DNA from: Candidatus Micrarchaeota archaeon
GTDB taxonomy: Archaea; Micrarchaeota; Micrarchaeia; Anstonellales; Bilamarchaeaceae
Direction of reading: 5' to 3'
NCBI GenBank assembly: GCA_040758595.1
Contig: JBFLVJ010000006.1
Coordinates: forward strand, 15,093-79,092
DNA: 64,000 nt
Under the pieces are notes generated by a model that was not told the DNA's origin, searched no databases, and saw only the letters and a program-made list of their open reading frames with translations. Shown one piece after another: positions 1-8,491 of this stretch. A program made the translations under genes and the position numbers. Within the stretch, counting starts at the first letter, position 1; every line of letters starts with the position of its first letter.

Positions 1-100
1 CGACGACTAGGCTGGGCTTGACCGTCATCTCTGCTATCTCGGCCTTGGCTTTCTCGAGCAGGACCTTGGCGGGCTCCCTGCCGGAAAGGGTGGTGTACAT
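1..100 (-). CDS. folD: 5' part of bifunctional methylene-THF dehydrogenase/cyclohydrolase (runs off the window edge)
   Basis: Hand translation from ATG at 100: MYTTLSGREPAKVLLEKAKAEIAEMTVKPSLVV, resembling the FolD N-terminus (L-S/D-G-x-x-x-A ... P-x-L-x-V); only 33 codons visible. Confidence 0.65.
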   Translation of the reverse strand, partial: MYTTLSGREPAKVLLEKAKAEIAEMTVKPSLVV

Positions 101-122
101 GAAGAGAAACTGTCGGGAAGCC

Positions 123-130
123 TTTTAAAA
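123..130. promoter_or_regulatory. Palindromic TATA-like box TTTTAAAA, probably shared by divergent folD and tRNA
   Basis: Lies about 23-27 nt from both the folD ATG (100) and the tRNA 5' end (157). Confidence 0.55.
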
Positions 131-156
131 TCGTTTTAGGAAATAAAGAAGTCATT

Positions 157-358
157 GGGCCTGTAGCTCAGCCTGGTTAGAGCGACGGTCTTATATGACA
201 CGTTCTAATACACGGTCTTATACAGACTGAGTGCCTATGAAAGCCGTAGGTCCGGAGCAAACTTTTTGGGAAAAAGTTTGACAAAAACCCGAGAAGTTTC
301 CGGAATTCAAAAGAGTCGAAGGTCTCGACCTGCGATTCTGCGGCTCTCCGCAGGCCCA
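157..358 (+). tRNA. tRNA-Ile(UAU) with three introns (37/38: 196-241; 53/54: 258-305; 59/60: 312-344)
   Basis: Acceptor GGGCCTG(157-163)/CAGGCCC(351-357) plus A358; D-stem GCTC/GAGC; anticodon stem ACGGT(185-189)/GCCGT(243-247) with CT-TAT-A; T-stem CGGAG(253-257)/CTCCG(346-350); T-loop TTCAAA(306-311)+T345 after splicing; each intron can form a BHB-like motif. Confidence 0.9.
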
Positions 359-402
359 ATTTTCCATTAGTCCCCAGTTTCCGGTCTTGAGTCTTGCCGG
401 CT

Positions 403-498
403 GGAAAATTGGGAGGAAGTGAAATCGCTACTGCGATTTCACAACTACCCAATTTCTTTTCCTGGTCTCCCGTCTCGGGTTTCCGGTCTCCGGTTTGT
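403..498. repeat. Long hairpin plus heptamer tandem repeat between convergent tRNA and HMG-CoA synthase
   Basis: GTGAAATCGC-tact-GCGATTTCAC (419-442) extended by AAATTGGG/CCCAATTT; heptamers ggtctcc cgtctcg ggtttcc ggtctcc ggtttgt (464-498). Confidence 0.75.
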
Positions 499-519
499 AC
501 AGCGTCAAAATCGGTTTCG

Positions 520-1563
520 CTAGCCGCTCTTTATCTTCTTCCTGTACTTGATGTAGGTGGCGTAGTCGATGTACTTCTTCCTCTCGATGTAGTCCTTGGT
601 CTTGGGTGCCTTGTCCCTGGCCGCGTCTATCCTGTCGGTGACGGTCATCATGAACGAGTCGCTGCCCGCACCGGAACCGAAAGAGGTCATGAGTATCTTA
701 GCGCCGGCTTTGGCTTCGTCCAGCACCGCGGTCAATCCGAGCGGCGATGCGCCGGAATAGGTGTTGCCGACCACCGGAGTCAATAACCCCGCCTTCAGCT
801 TCTCTTTGGGCACACCGAGCTTCTTGGCGGCCTCCACCGGGAACTTCGCGTTCGGCTGGTGGAACACCACGTAATCGTAATCCGCGATTTTCGTGCCGGT
901 CTTCTCCAGCAGCCCCTGGGTGGCGCTCAAAACATGCTTGAAGTATGCAGGTTTCCCTGTGAACCTCCCCCCGTGGGTCGGGTATTCGGCGTGCTGCCTC
1001 CTCCAGAAGTCCGGAGTGTCGGTAGTGAAGGAGAATGTCGCGTCCACGGTCGCTATGGATTCCTTGTTCGGCCCGGTGATGAACGCTGCACCTCCGGAAG
1101 CCGCGGAATACTCAAGAGCATCGCCTGGCCTTCCCTGGGCGGTGTCCGCCCCTATCGCCATGCCGTACTCTATCATCCTGGCGTCCACCATGGCGAGCGC
1201 AATCTGCAGTCCTGCGGTCCCTGCCTTGCAGGCGAACTCCAGGTCGGCAGAGGTCAGATTAGGGGTCGCCCCGATAGCCTCGGCGACGATGGTCCCGGTC
1301 GGTTTAACGGCATATGGGTGGGATTCACTGCCCACATAGAGCGCCCCGAGCTTCTTGGGATCCAACTCGGCCCGTAAGAGCGCGTTGCGCGCGGCCTCGA
1401 CCGCGATGGTCGCGGTGTCCTCATCCACTCCGCCGACGGCCTTCTCGAGGATGCCGAGGCCGTTCTCTATCCTGTCGGCCTCCTCTCCCCAGACCCTCGC
1501 GATCTCCGCGGTCTTTATGCGATAGACCGGGACATAAGCTCCATAACCCGTGATTCCAGCCAT
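520..1563 (-). CDS. Hydroxymethylglutaryl-CoA synthase (archaeal type)
   Basis: [11 protein letters not shown], catalytic [27 protein letters not shown] motifs. Confidence 0.95.
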   Translation of the reverse strand: MAGITGYGAYVPVYRIKTAEIARVWGEEADRIENGLGILEKAVGGVDEDTATIAVEAARNALLRAELDPKKLGALYVGSESHPYAVKPTGTIVAEAIGATPNLTSADLEFACKAGTAGLQIALAMVDARMIEYGMAIGADTAQGRPGDALEYSAASGGAAFITGPNKESIATVDATFSFTTDTPDFWRRQHAEYPTHGGRFTGKPAYFKHVLSATQGLLEKTGTKIADYDYVVFHQPNAKFPVEAAKKLGVPKEKLKAGLLTPVVGNTYSGASPLGLTAVLDEAKAGAKILMTSFGSGAGSDSFMMTVTDRIDAARDKAPKTKDYIERKKYIDYATYIKYRKKIKSG

Positions 1564-1610
1564 AAGACTACCTCTAGACTAGATGCTTTGCCGAGTTTTC
1601 GTTTTAAAGC

Positions 1611-2345
1611 CTACTTTTTCCGCTTTTTGGCGGGTTTCCTGGGCTTCGGGCGCGAGCCCATGAAAGACCAGGCCAGCGCGGCCAATACCGCGACACCCCC
1701 GACCAATACGATGTAGCCGAAGTTCAGCTCGCTGCTCTTGACGACAAGAGGCTCGGAGTCCTCGAGGACGGCAACAAGGTCGAACGTGGCCAGATTCCCC
1801 TCCACGACCGCTTCCACAGAGCCGGCGCGCGCCTCAGAAACGGCTGAAGGCAGTTCCACAGTGTAGGTGATGGTCACTCCCAGCTCCTTCAGAAGCTCTG
1901 CGCCCCGGGCGTTCTCCTCCTTCTGGCTCAGATAGAGGGGCCCTCCTGCGCCAGAGACCATGCCGGTGGCGTTGGCATTGTCGAAGAGCCTGTCCATCAG
2001 CCTCGCGAACCTGTCGGTCGGTATGCTGTCCACGGTGAGCGTGTGCGTCACGAAAGGCAGACCGTACTCGCTCTCATAGGTGTAATAGCCGCCCGACTGG
2101 AACTGGTCGGTGAGCGTCACGACCTTGTTCTCCGCATCCACGCTGCAGTGGAGTTCGGAGGACTGCTCGCAGATATCGGCCATCCTATCGAAGGCGCCCG
2201 GATTCATCTGCACAGAGAGCAGCCCGAGATCCGCGCTCTTCTCTATAGAAGTGTTCCCGTCGCGTTCGACCACTTGCACATATCTCTGGTCGAGCGTCGC
2301 GGCAGAAAGCACGCACAGCATAAGCAAAGCGAGTATGGTTCTCAT
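1611..2345 (-). CDS. Exported protein with C-terminal membrane anchor (weakly LppM-like)
   Basis: N-terminal signal peptide, beta-rich body, C-terminal TM helix followed by basic tail KPRKPAKKRKK. Confidence 0.7.
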   Translation of the reverse strand: MRTILALLMLCVLSAATLDQRYVQVVERDGNTSIEKSADLGLLSVQMNPGAFDRMADICEQSSELHCSVDAENKVVTLTDQFQSGGYYTYESEYGLPFVTHTLTVDSIPTDRFARLMDRLFDNANATGMVSGAGGPLYLSQKEENARGAELLKELGVTITYTVELPSAVSEARAGSVEAVVEGNLATFDLVAVLEDSEPLVVKSSELNFGYIVLVGGVAVLAALAWSFMGSRPKPRKPAKKRKK

Positions 2346-2381
2346 GCGTTTTCCTGCGCATGCAATAAATAAAAAGAGCGG

Positions 2382-3290
2382 CTATCGCGGCTTCCGGCTC
2401 TTATATGCCTTGACCATCTCAGATATCCCTTTCTCCAGCGGCCTGGATGAGAATCCGAGTTCGGCCGCCGCCTTGGAGCAATCGAATACCCGGTCATAGG
2501 AGAGCACGGCGACGTGCTCCACTGTCATCTTGGGCTTCTTTCCTATGAGCAGGCACCACTTCTCCCCGAGCGCGGTCATCGCCATCGCGATGCCTCTGCT
2601 AACGCTCTTGGCCGGTGCCGGCACCCCGAGCTCCCGTGCGGCTATCGAAAGCACCTCTTCCTGGCCGAGGGGTTCGCCCGCGAGCACATACGTCCCATCG
2701 CCTTTGCCGATGGCAGCCCGCACCGCTCCGGCCACGTCATCCACATGGACGAACGGGATGTGGTTCTTCCCATCGCCGATCATCTTCATTTTCCCCAGTT
2801 CTATCATGGAGAGTATCCTGAAATAGTCCTCGAACCGCGGGCCGTAGAGCGTCCCGATGCGCAGTATCACGTGGTCCGGCCTGGAAGCAACCATCCTCTC
2901 GGCCTCGTATTTGGTCCGCGAATAAGCCGAATCCGGCTTCGCTGCGGTATCCTCATCAGCGGGCGTCTCCTTCAATTCTTTCCCATAGACGGATATCGAG
3001 CTGGCGAAGACAATCCTGCATCTCTCAGGGGCGGCCTCCAGAATCCTTCTGGTCAGCTCCACATTGCCTTCCCGAAGCTTTCTTGCGTCCCAAGTATCGA
3101 CCGATCCGGCCAGGTGGATTATCACGTCCGCATCCTTGAGTATGCTCTTCAGCTGGCCTACGGAGAAATCGGTCACCACCCCTCTCTTGAGGCCGGAGGG
3201 CTTCCTGACCAGCGCCGTGGCATCTATGCGCTCAAGCACCGCGCGCCCGAGCCTTCCGGTAGCCCCTGTGATATATATCTTACTTGCCAT
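2382..3290 (-). CDS. NAD-dependent epimerase/dehydratase (extended SDR)
   Basis: TGATGRLG Rossmann motif, HLAG, SSISVYG, YSRTK (YxxxK). Confidence 0.92.
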   Translation of the reverse strand: MASKIYITGATGRLGRAVLERIDATALVRKPSGLKRGVVTDFSVGQLKSILKDADVIIHLAGSVDTWDARKLREGNVELTRRILEAAPERCRIVFASSISVYGKELKETPADEDTAAKPDSAYSRTKYEAERMVASRPDHVILRIGTLYGPRFEDYFRILSMIELGKMKMIGDGKNHIPFVHVDDVAGAVRAAIGKGDGTYVLAGEPLGQEEVLSIAARELGVPAPAKSVSRGIAMAMTALGEKWCLLIGKKPKMTVEHVAVLSYDRVFDCSKAAAELGFSSRPLEKGISEMVKAYKSRKPR

Positions 3291-4890
3291 ACTTCTCAGA
3301 TATCTCCGCGATTTTCTTATCTATCCTTTTTTCGGCTTCGAGCCGCTCGAGAGCGTACTCGTTCATGTCCATGAACTTCATCCCGGAAGCGATGGATGGA
3401 TGGGCCTTCTCCATCTGCCTGGACATCTCCTGGGCGATGTGCCGGTAGTCAGGATGGCCCTGCATCGAGCTGCGAAGCTCCAGCATGTGGTAGGCCTCCC
3501 TGGCATTGAAGCTCATGTACCATCTTATGTTGTATGCCAGGGGAACCACGTACTGCGCCTCCTCGGGATGCTTCTTCCATATCTCTGAATAAGCGTTCTT
3601 GGCGGCGTCCATCACGTCCTTGAACTCGCTTTCATATCCGGCTTCCACCAGTTCTGAAGGCAGCTTGTAGCCATGGTGGGTGCTCAAGGGCTGCCTCTGC
3701 TGTGTGAGTATCCTGTGCCTGTGCATATCCCTATAAGCGCCGAAGTTCGCGCAGATGTCGAACGTATAATGCGCATGCTCGAATGCCCGTCCGGGCTTGT
3801 GCCTGCGGTTCCCGCGCTCGTTGATGTACGCCTTCACCACATCGGCCTTCTCCTGCGCATCCATCTTGGCGACTATCTCCTTGACCTTCTCCATCGGCAT
3901 CCGCATATGCGGATAGAGCGCAGCAGTCGCTATCTTGTCCTCTGCGTCCTTGTCATAATCCACGAGCGTGATCGATTCCCCGCCATCAGGCGCGTCATGC
4001 GTATGCGCGAGCGCATGCACGTCCTTCCAGACACGGGCGAGATACTCCTGCATGGAAGCTCCATGCTTGTCGTTCGCCCTCCTGACAAACGAAGGTATCA
4101 CTGAAGAAAGCTCCTTCTGCATCGAGCCGGCCAGCCCCTTCACCTCGGCGAGCCCGCTCCCGTACATCCTGGTGAGCAGGTATTCGAACGCCCGGCCGTC
4201 TCCGAAGAATCCCATGTTGGTGAGCGTGGATGCGGGCAGCAAGCCCCTGAGAATATCGCAGGTCTTGGCTCTTATCGTGGAATTATACGCCCGCTCGGAT
4301 GTCTTCTCGTCCCTGGGCGTCCTCTCCATCACATATGCCGATACCTTGGGTATCAGGTCTGCATAGGTCTGGAAGCAGTGATCGCACGTCTTTTCATAGA
4401 GCCCGGCGAACCCGGAATCCATGAGCGTTTTCTCCCGCAGGTAGAGCCACTTCCCGTCCCGCTTGTTGTCGAAATAAACATAACGAGTCGATTTTTCGAG
4501 CGGCGATAACCCTATCCTCGCATCCTCGACGATTTTCGTCGCCAGGATGGAGATATCCTCCATAGCGAGATGCGCCCCTGCCAGCTCGGCCACCGAGTCG
4601 TCGCCATAGCCGACCAGCACCCGGTCGTAGAACTCCTCGGCCTTTTTCGTCTTCACGAAATCCGGCTTTTTCGCGGATTCTGCGTTGAGCATCTCCTTTA
4701 GCCCCAGCTCGGGCGATAGCATGAATTCGTCCAGTAGCACCCTGCGGAGGCTCTTCGCGCTCCTGCTGTACCTCGAGAAAAGCGCGCCCTTGACGACCTC
4801 CGGCAGGCCTATGAGCGCGAAAACCGGCCTGTCCAGGTTGCTGACGAACGGCTCCAGAAGCCGCCTCTCATCCTCGCTGAAATCCTCCAT
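3280..4890 (-). CDS. thyX: FAD-dependent thymidylate synthase, tandem two-domain form
   Basis: GDDSVAEL, EKSTRY, RGLLP, DMHRHR, ELRS motifs; start placed at ATG 4890. Confidence 0.85.
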   Translation of the reverse strand: MEDFSEDERRLLEPFVSNLDRPVFALIGLPEVVKGALFSRYSRSAKSLRRVLLDEFMLSPELGLKEMLNAESAKKPDFVKTKKAEEFYDRVLVGYGDDSVAELAGAHLAMEDISILATKIVEDARIGLSPLEKSTRYVYFDNKRDGKWLYLREKTLMDSGFAGLYEKTCDHCFQTYADLIPKVSAYVMERTPRDEKTSERAYNSTIRAKTCDILRGLLPASTLTNMGFFGDGRAFEYLLTRMYGSGLAEVKGLAGSMQKELSSVIPSFVRRANDKHGASMQEYLARVWKDVHALAHTHDAPDGGESITLVDYDKDAEDKIATAALYPHMRMPMEKVKEIVAKMDAQEKADVVKAYINERGNRRHKPGRAFEHAHYTFDICANFGAYRDMHRHRILTQQRQPLSTHHGYKLPSELVEAGYESEFKDVMDAAKNAYSEIWKKHPEEAQYVVPLAYNIRWYMSFNAREAYHMLELRSSMQGHPDYRHIAQEMSRQMEKAHPSIASGMKFMDMNEYALERLEAEKRIDKKIAEISEKYGK

Positions 4891-4971
4891 GGGTGTGTGT
4901 TTGTCTCCCAAGCTTTTTTATCTGTGCGCAAAGCGGTTTCCTGTTGGGCGTTCCGGGTTCTGCGATTCAAC

Positions 4972-5113
4972 CTGATTTCGCCACTTCCGTCAGACATGCA
5001 GTGGTAGAAGCCGCGTCTTGTGCAGAGAGAAAACGCGGCTCCATCGCGACCAGCTGGTCGCGGGGGCCCCGGGAACGATGCGTCGTCGTTCCCGAGGCAG
5101 GTGGCGAGATCAG
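4972..5113 (+). ncRNA. Candidate multibranch structured RNA or hairpin cluster of unknown type
   Basis: 13-bp closing helix 4972-4984/5101-5113 enclosing hairpins 5009-5040, 5041-5066 and 5070-5094; most non-Watson-Crick pairs are G-U on the + strand. Confidence 0.45.
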
Positions 5114-5216
5114 TTTCCAAGACCCGAAACCCAGAACTCGAGACCCGTCCCTGCTTTGCGACCGAGCCATCGCGCCTCTTTATAAATTGTTTCATTAAAA
5201 GTAAGGAAGTGGTTTA

Positions 5217-5783
5217 ATGAGGGGGCTATTCCATTCGAAGACACGTCGGACCGCTGGGATGCTGATGGCCGCGGTATCATCGCTTCTCATAACTGCCTGC
5301 GCAACTCAGCGGGCGAGCGTCCCGCCGCTCGCGAAGCCGCCGGTCCTCAAGAGGGTCCTGGCCGCGCGAACCCTCAAGGAGGCGATGCCCGTCCTATCCT
5401 CGGTCTGGGAAGGTGGCGACTGCAGATACAAAGACAATTCGGTATCATACCATTCATTTGCTTCAGGACAGACGAAGACGCTAAAGCTCGATGTGAAGGT
5501 GAAAGGGACCCACCAGATGCTCTGCTCTGATTCTTTCACCGTTCTCCTTGGGGATGGAGCGGCATACGTGGCGATAGGCGCCGCTCCGATCATGGACGGC
5601 AAGGAATGGTTCGGCAGGCTCGGTAAACGCTTCACCTGGGCCAATTCATATGAGATAGATTACCCTGAAGGTGTGAGCGGGCGCGTGGCATCCATCAGCG
5701 GCAATCGGCTTCGCGTGATGGGCGGGAGCAAGAACTGGTCTATAGACCTGTCCGATCCCTTCAGAGGATGGGAGACTTATTAA
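5217..5783 (+). CDS. Hypothetical lipoprotein-like exported protein
   Basis: RR, hydrophobic stretch and lipobox-like ITAC; TTTATAAA box at 5179-5186. Confidence 0.7.
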   Translation: MRGLFHSKTRRTAGMLMAAVSSLLITACATQRASVPPLAKPPVLKRVLAARTLKEAMPVLSSVWEGGDCRYKDNSVSYHSFASGQTKTLKLDVKVKGTHQMLCSDSFTVLLGDGAAYVAIGAAPIMDGKEWFGRLGKRFTWANSYEIDYPEGVSGRVASISGNRLRVMGGSKNWSIDLSDPFRGWETY

Positions 5784-5813
5784 TCGGCCCTGCGTTAAGC
5801 TTTTGGTGAAGCT

Positions 5814-6449
5814 ATGGGCGAATTGAGACTCAAACCCGCTCCTGAAAGGAAAGAGACGCCACTCGATACCACGAAGCTTGTCCCGAGGAGGGTGAGATTC
5901 CCGAAACTATCCGAATCTCAGGTCCGCAAGAGGGCCGGCATGGCATTCGACAAGAGCTTGGCGGTCATGCTTAAAGACAATTTCTCCAAACCTCCCCCGG
6001 AGTTCGACAAGTTCAAGAGCATGGCCGAGCGGATGGCCCGCGCGGGCAAAGAAGCGGATCTCGACGCTCTGATAAAGAGATTCCCCGCAGGTTCAACGAT
6101 ACGTGCCTATTACGAGGCGTCCGGGGATTCCACCGAGTGGGTCTTGAAAGGGGGAAAAATAGCGTTCAATCTTAAGAAACTGCAAGAGAACGTCGAGACG
6201 TCCCTGGCGGACAAGAAGAAGAGCTTCCTCTCGCAGGCTATCGAGCTCTTCAAGCAGCAGACCGGGAACTTCGATTTCAACCTGGCTGGCTTGCCTTTGA
6301 GGAAATCCCCTGTGGATTCGTTCTGCAAGGCCCTCTATGCACAGACCGGCCAGTCCAAATCGCCGAACCAGCTTCCATTCACAGTGAGCTATGCATCCGC
6401 GAAGCAGATCATCAACTACAAGATCGATGTCGTAGTGGAAGGCCCGTGA
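5814..6449 (+). CDS. Hypothetical protein
   Basis: 211-aa ORF, SD-like GGTGA upstream, co-oriented with the previous gene; no family recognised. Confidence 0.7.
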   Translation: MGELRLKPAPERKETPLDTTKLVPRRVRFPKLSESQVRKRAGMAFDKSLAVMLKDNFSKPPPEFDKFKSMAERMARAGKEADLDALIKRFPAGSTIRAYYEASGDSTEWVLKGGKIAFNLKKLQENVETSLADKKKSFLSQAIELFKQQTGNFDFNLAGLPLRKSPVDSFCKALYAQTGQSKSPNQLPFTVSYASAKQIINYKIDVVVEGP

Positions 6450-6472
6450 GCGGCTCTAGGGTTTGGACGCGC

Positions 6473-7687
6473 TCACATCAGTCCCCTGAGGGCGCCGAGC
6501 ATCTGCGGCCTGCCTCCAAGCACCTTGGCCACCGAGGGGGCGAAGTTCCCCTTCATTATCTCGGCTATATCGTCCGAGTTCAAGGCGTTGAAGCAGTGGT
6601 TCAGATCATCATCGCTTATCTTCTCCATCACTTTCCTCAGCATGAGCCTCTTCTCCATCTTCTTGCCTGCGGTGGATCTCCAGGGTTTCTCGTAGTGCTC
6701 GAAGAGCAGTTTGGCTGAGAAGTCCCTCTTCTTGAAGGCCTCCAAGGCCGCGTTGCCCGCCAGCACCCCGCATTCCATGGCAACCGCGATGCCGCCGCCG
6801 TGGATGGGATCTACCTGCTTCGCGCCGGTGCCGATGACCATGCAGTGGTCCTTGACGAAGCTGTTGATGGGCGCTCCGACAGAAATAACTCCGCCGAAAT
6901 CGATGAGCGTGCTCGAGTCCTTGAGCTGCTCGTTGTTCGCTATGAAACCGTCCAGAAGCCCCTTGGGCTCTGCGCCGTCCACTCCATCGCACTTGTTGCC
7001 GTTGACCACGTTGCCGCCGATACCTATGCCCACGTTCGCCTTCCGGTCAGATTTCGGGAATATCCAGACATAGCCTCGCGGGGCAATCGCGTTGCCGAAA
7101 TAGAGCTCGATGAGGTTCTCATGGTCGTAGGGTTTCATCTCGTACTGGTAGCAGGTGTCGACATCATAGAGCGAGTGGACCGTCTTGAAGCCCATCTCGC
7201 GGGCCATGAACGCTTCCATGCCTTCTGCGGATACGACCAGCGGAGCGGTGACCTCATGCACATCCCGTCCCCCGTGCGACAGTTTCACACCGGCGGGTTT
7301 CCCGTTCTCGGTCACCAGGCCGACGGCCCGGGTATACGTATGCACCTTCGCGCCCTTGTCGACCGCCAGCTCTGCCAGCCATTTGTCGAAGAATTTCCTT
7401 TCGAGGACCCATCCCCTGGTCTTCTCGTTCTTCCAGACGATTTCCTTGCCGTTGGGGCCGACGACTTTCGAGCCTTCTATCTCGACAGAGATGCATCTCT
7501 TGGGCAGCTCGAGCCCTTCCTTGACCACTTCGGTCCGGCCGAGGCCCTCGCCGCAGCGCACAGGCACCCCTATCTCCTTCCGTTTGTCGACGACGAGCAC
7601 ATCGAGCCCGCCGGCGGCCGCGGTCCTCGCGAACGTGGAGCCCGAGGGCCCTCCTCCGATTACTATGACATCATGATCAAACTTCAT
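6473..7687 (-). CDS. Digeranylgeranylglycerophospholipid reductase (GGR family)
   Basis: GGGPSG FAD motif, VRCGEG, PRGYVWIFPK, PIHGGGI; start MKFDHDV at 7687. Confidence 0.92.
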   Translation of the reverse strand: MKFDHDVIVIGGGPSGSTFARTAAAGGLDVLVVDKRKEIGVPVRCGEGLGRTEVVKEGLELPKRCISVEIEGSKVVGPNGKEIVWKNEKTRGWVLERKFFDKWLAELAVDKGAKVHTYTRAVGLVTENGKPAGVKLSHGGRDVHEVTAPLVVSAEGMEAFMAREMGFKTVHSLYDVDTCYQYEMKPYDHENLIELYFGNAIAPRGYVWIFPKSDRKANVGIGIGGNVVNGNKCDGVDGAEPKGLLDGFIANNEQLKDSSTLIDFGGVISVGAPINSFVKDHCMVIGTGAKQVDPIHGGGIAVAMECGVLAGNAALEAFKKRDFSAKLLFEHYEKPWRSTAGKKMEKRLMLRKVMEKISDDDLNHCFNALNSDDIAEIMKGNFAPSVAKVLGGRPQMLGALRGLM

Positions 7688-7722
7688 ACATACACCAGTG
7701 GTTTCCAGTCTCGGGTTCCCCG

Positions 7723-7908
7723 TCACGCTTTGATGCCTTTCTTCAGGCAGATGACGGACGCCGGGCACACCTTCACGCAGAGCCCGCAGTCTATGCACTT
7801 CTCAGGGTAATGCTCTATCCTCGTTCCGACCGCCTCGAGCGCGTTCACCGGACAGACCGATGAGCAGCCGACGCAGAAGATGCAACCTTCATGCTTTATC
7901 GTTATCAT
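7723..7908 (-). CDS. 2x[4Fe-4S] ferredoxin
   Basis: Two CxxCxxCxxxCP motifs; directly upstream of GGR. Confidence 0.92.
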   Translation of the reverse strand: MITIKHEGCIFCVGCSSVCPVNALEAVGTRIEHYPEKCIDCGLCVKVCPASVICLKKGIKA

Positions 7909-7912
7909 GCTA

Positions 7913-8431
7913 TCATCTCTTCTTGAGCAGCTCCACCAATCTCTTCCCGAACTCCTCTGCGCTTGCAGGGGAATCGGCGGTGATCACCTTGGTGTCTGCG
8001 ACCACCGGCTCCTGCACGTACTGTGCGCCTGAATCCCTGAGCAGCATGATCGCGCTCCGGTCCGGGAAAACGGTCGCCTTCTTGTCGGTCAGCGCGCCTG
8101 ATTTGGCCAGCGCCATGGGGCCCAGGCATATGGCGGCCAGCTGCTTGTCCTTCTTCCTCGCCGCTATAAGCAGGTCCATCACGTCCTTGCTCTCAGCCAG
8201 CGATGGAGAGCCGGGCCCGCCGACGATGACTATGCAGTCGAAGAAATCAGGGTTCGCCTCGCTGACGGCGAGGTCGGGCTGCACTTCGGTCCCTCTGGTC
8301 CCGACGGCCTTCATCCTGGTCAGGCTGGCCACCTTGACATGGTGTCCTGCGCCCTCTATTATCCTCTTGGGGACCTGGAGCTCCTCCTCCTTGTATCCCT
8401 TCTGGGCGATGATCATAAGCACCTTAGCCAT
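7913..8431 (-). CDS. DJ-1/PfpI family protein
   Basis: EEEL, IVGGPGS, AAICLGP nucleophile elbow, ITADSP. Confidence 0.92.
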   Translation of the reverse strand: MAKVLMIIAQKGYKEEELQVPKRIIEGAGHHVKVASLTRMKAVGTRGTEVQPDLAVSEANPDFFDCIVIVGGPGSPSLAESKDVMDLLIAARKKDKQLAAICLGPMALAKSGALTDKKATVFPDRSAIMLLRDSGAQYVQEPVVADTKVITADSPASAEEFGKRLVELLKKR

Positions 8432-8491
8432 AGTACCTCCCTGAAAGCTTTCTCAGAAGAGCTTTTAATCCGTTCGCGGCCTTACTCTACC

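Noticed and set aside
177-452. 91-aa minus-strand ORF
   Set aside because: It is antisense to the intron-containing tRNA and repeat region
4972-5113. SRP RNA, RNase P RNA, 5S rRNA, hammerhead or C/D box sRNA identity
   Set aside because: Diagnostic motifs (SRP helix 8, GAGGAAAGUCC, CUGAUGA/GAAA core, paired C and D boxes) not found by eye
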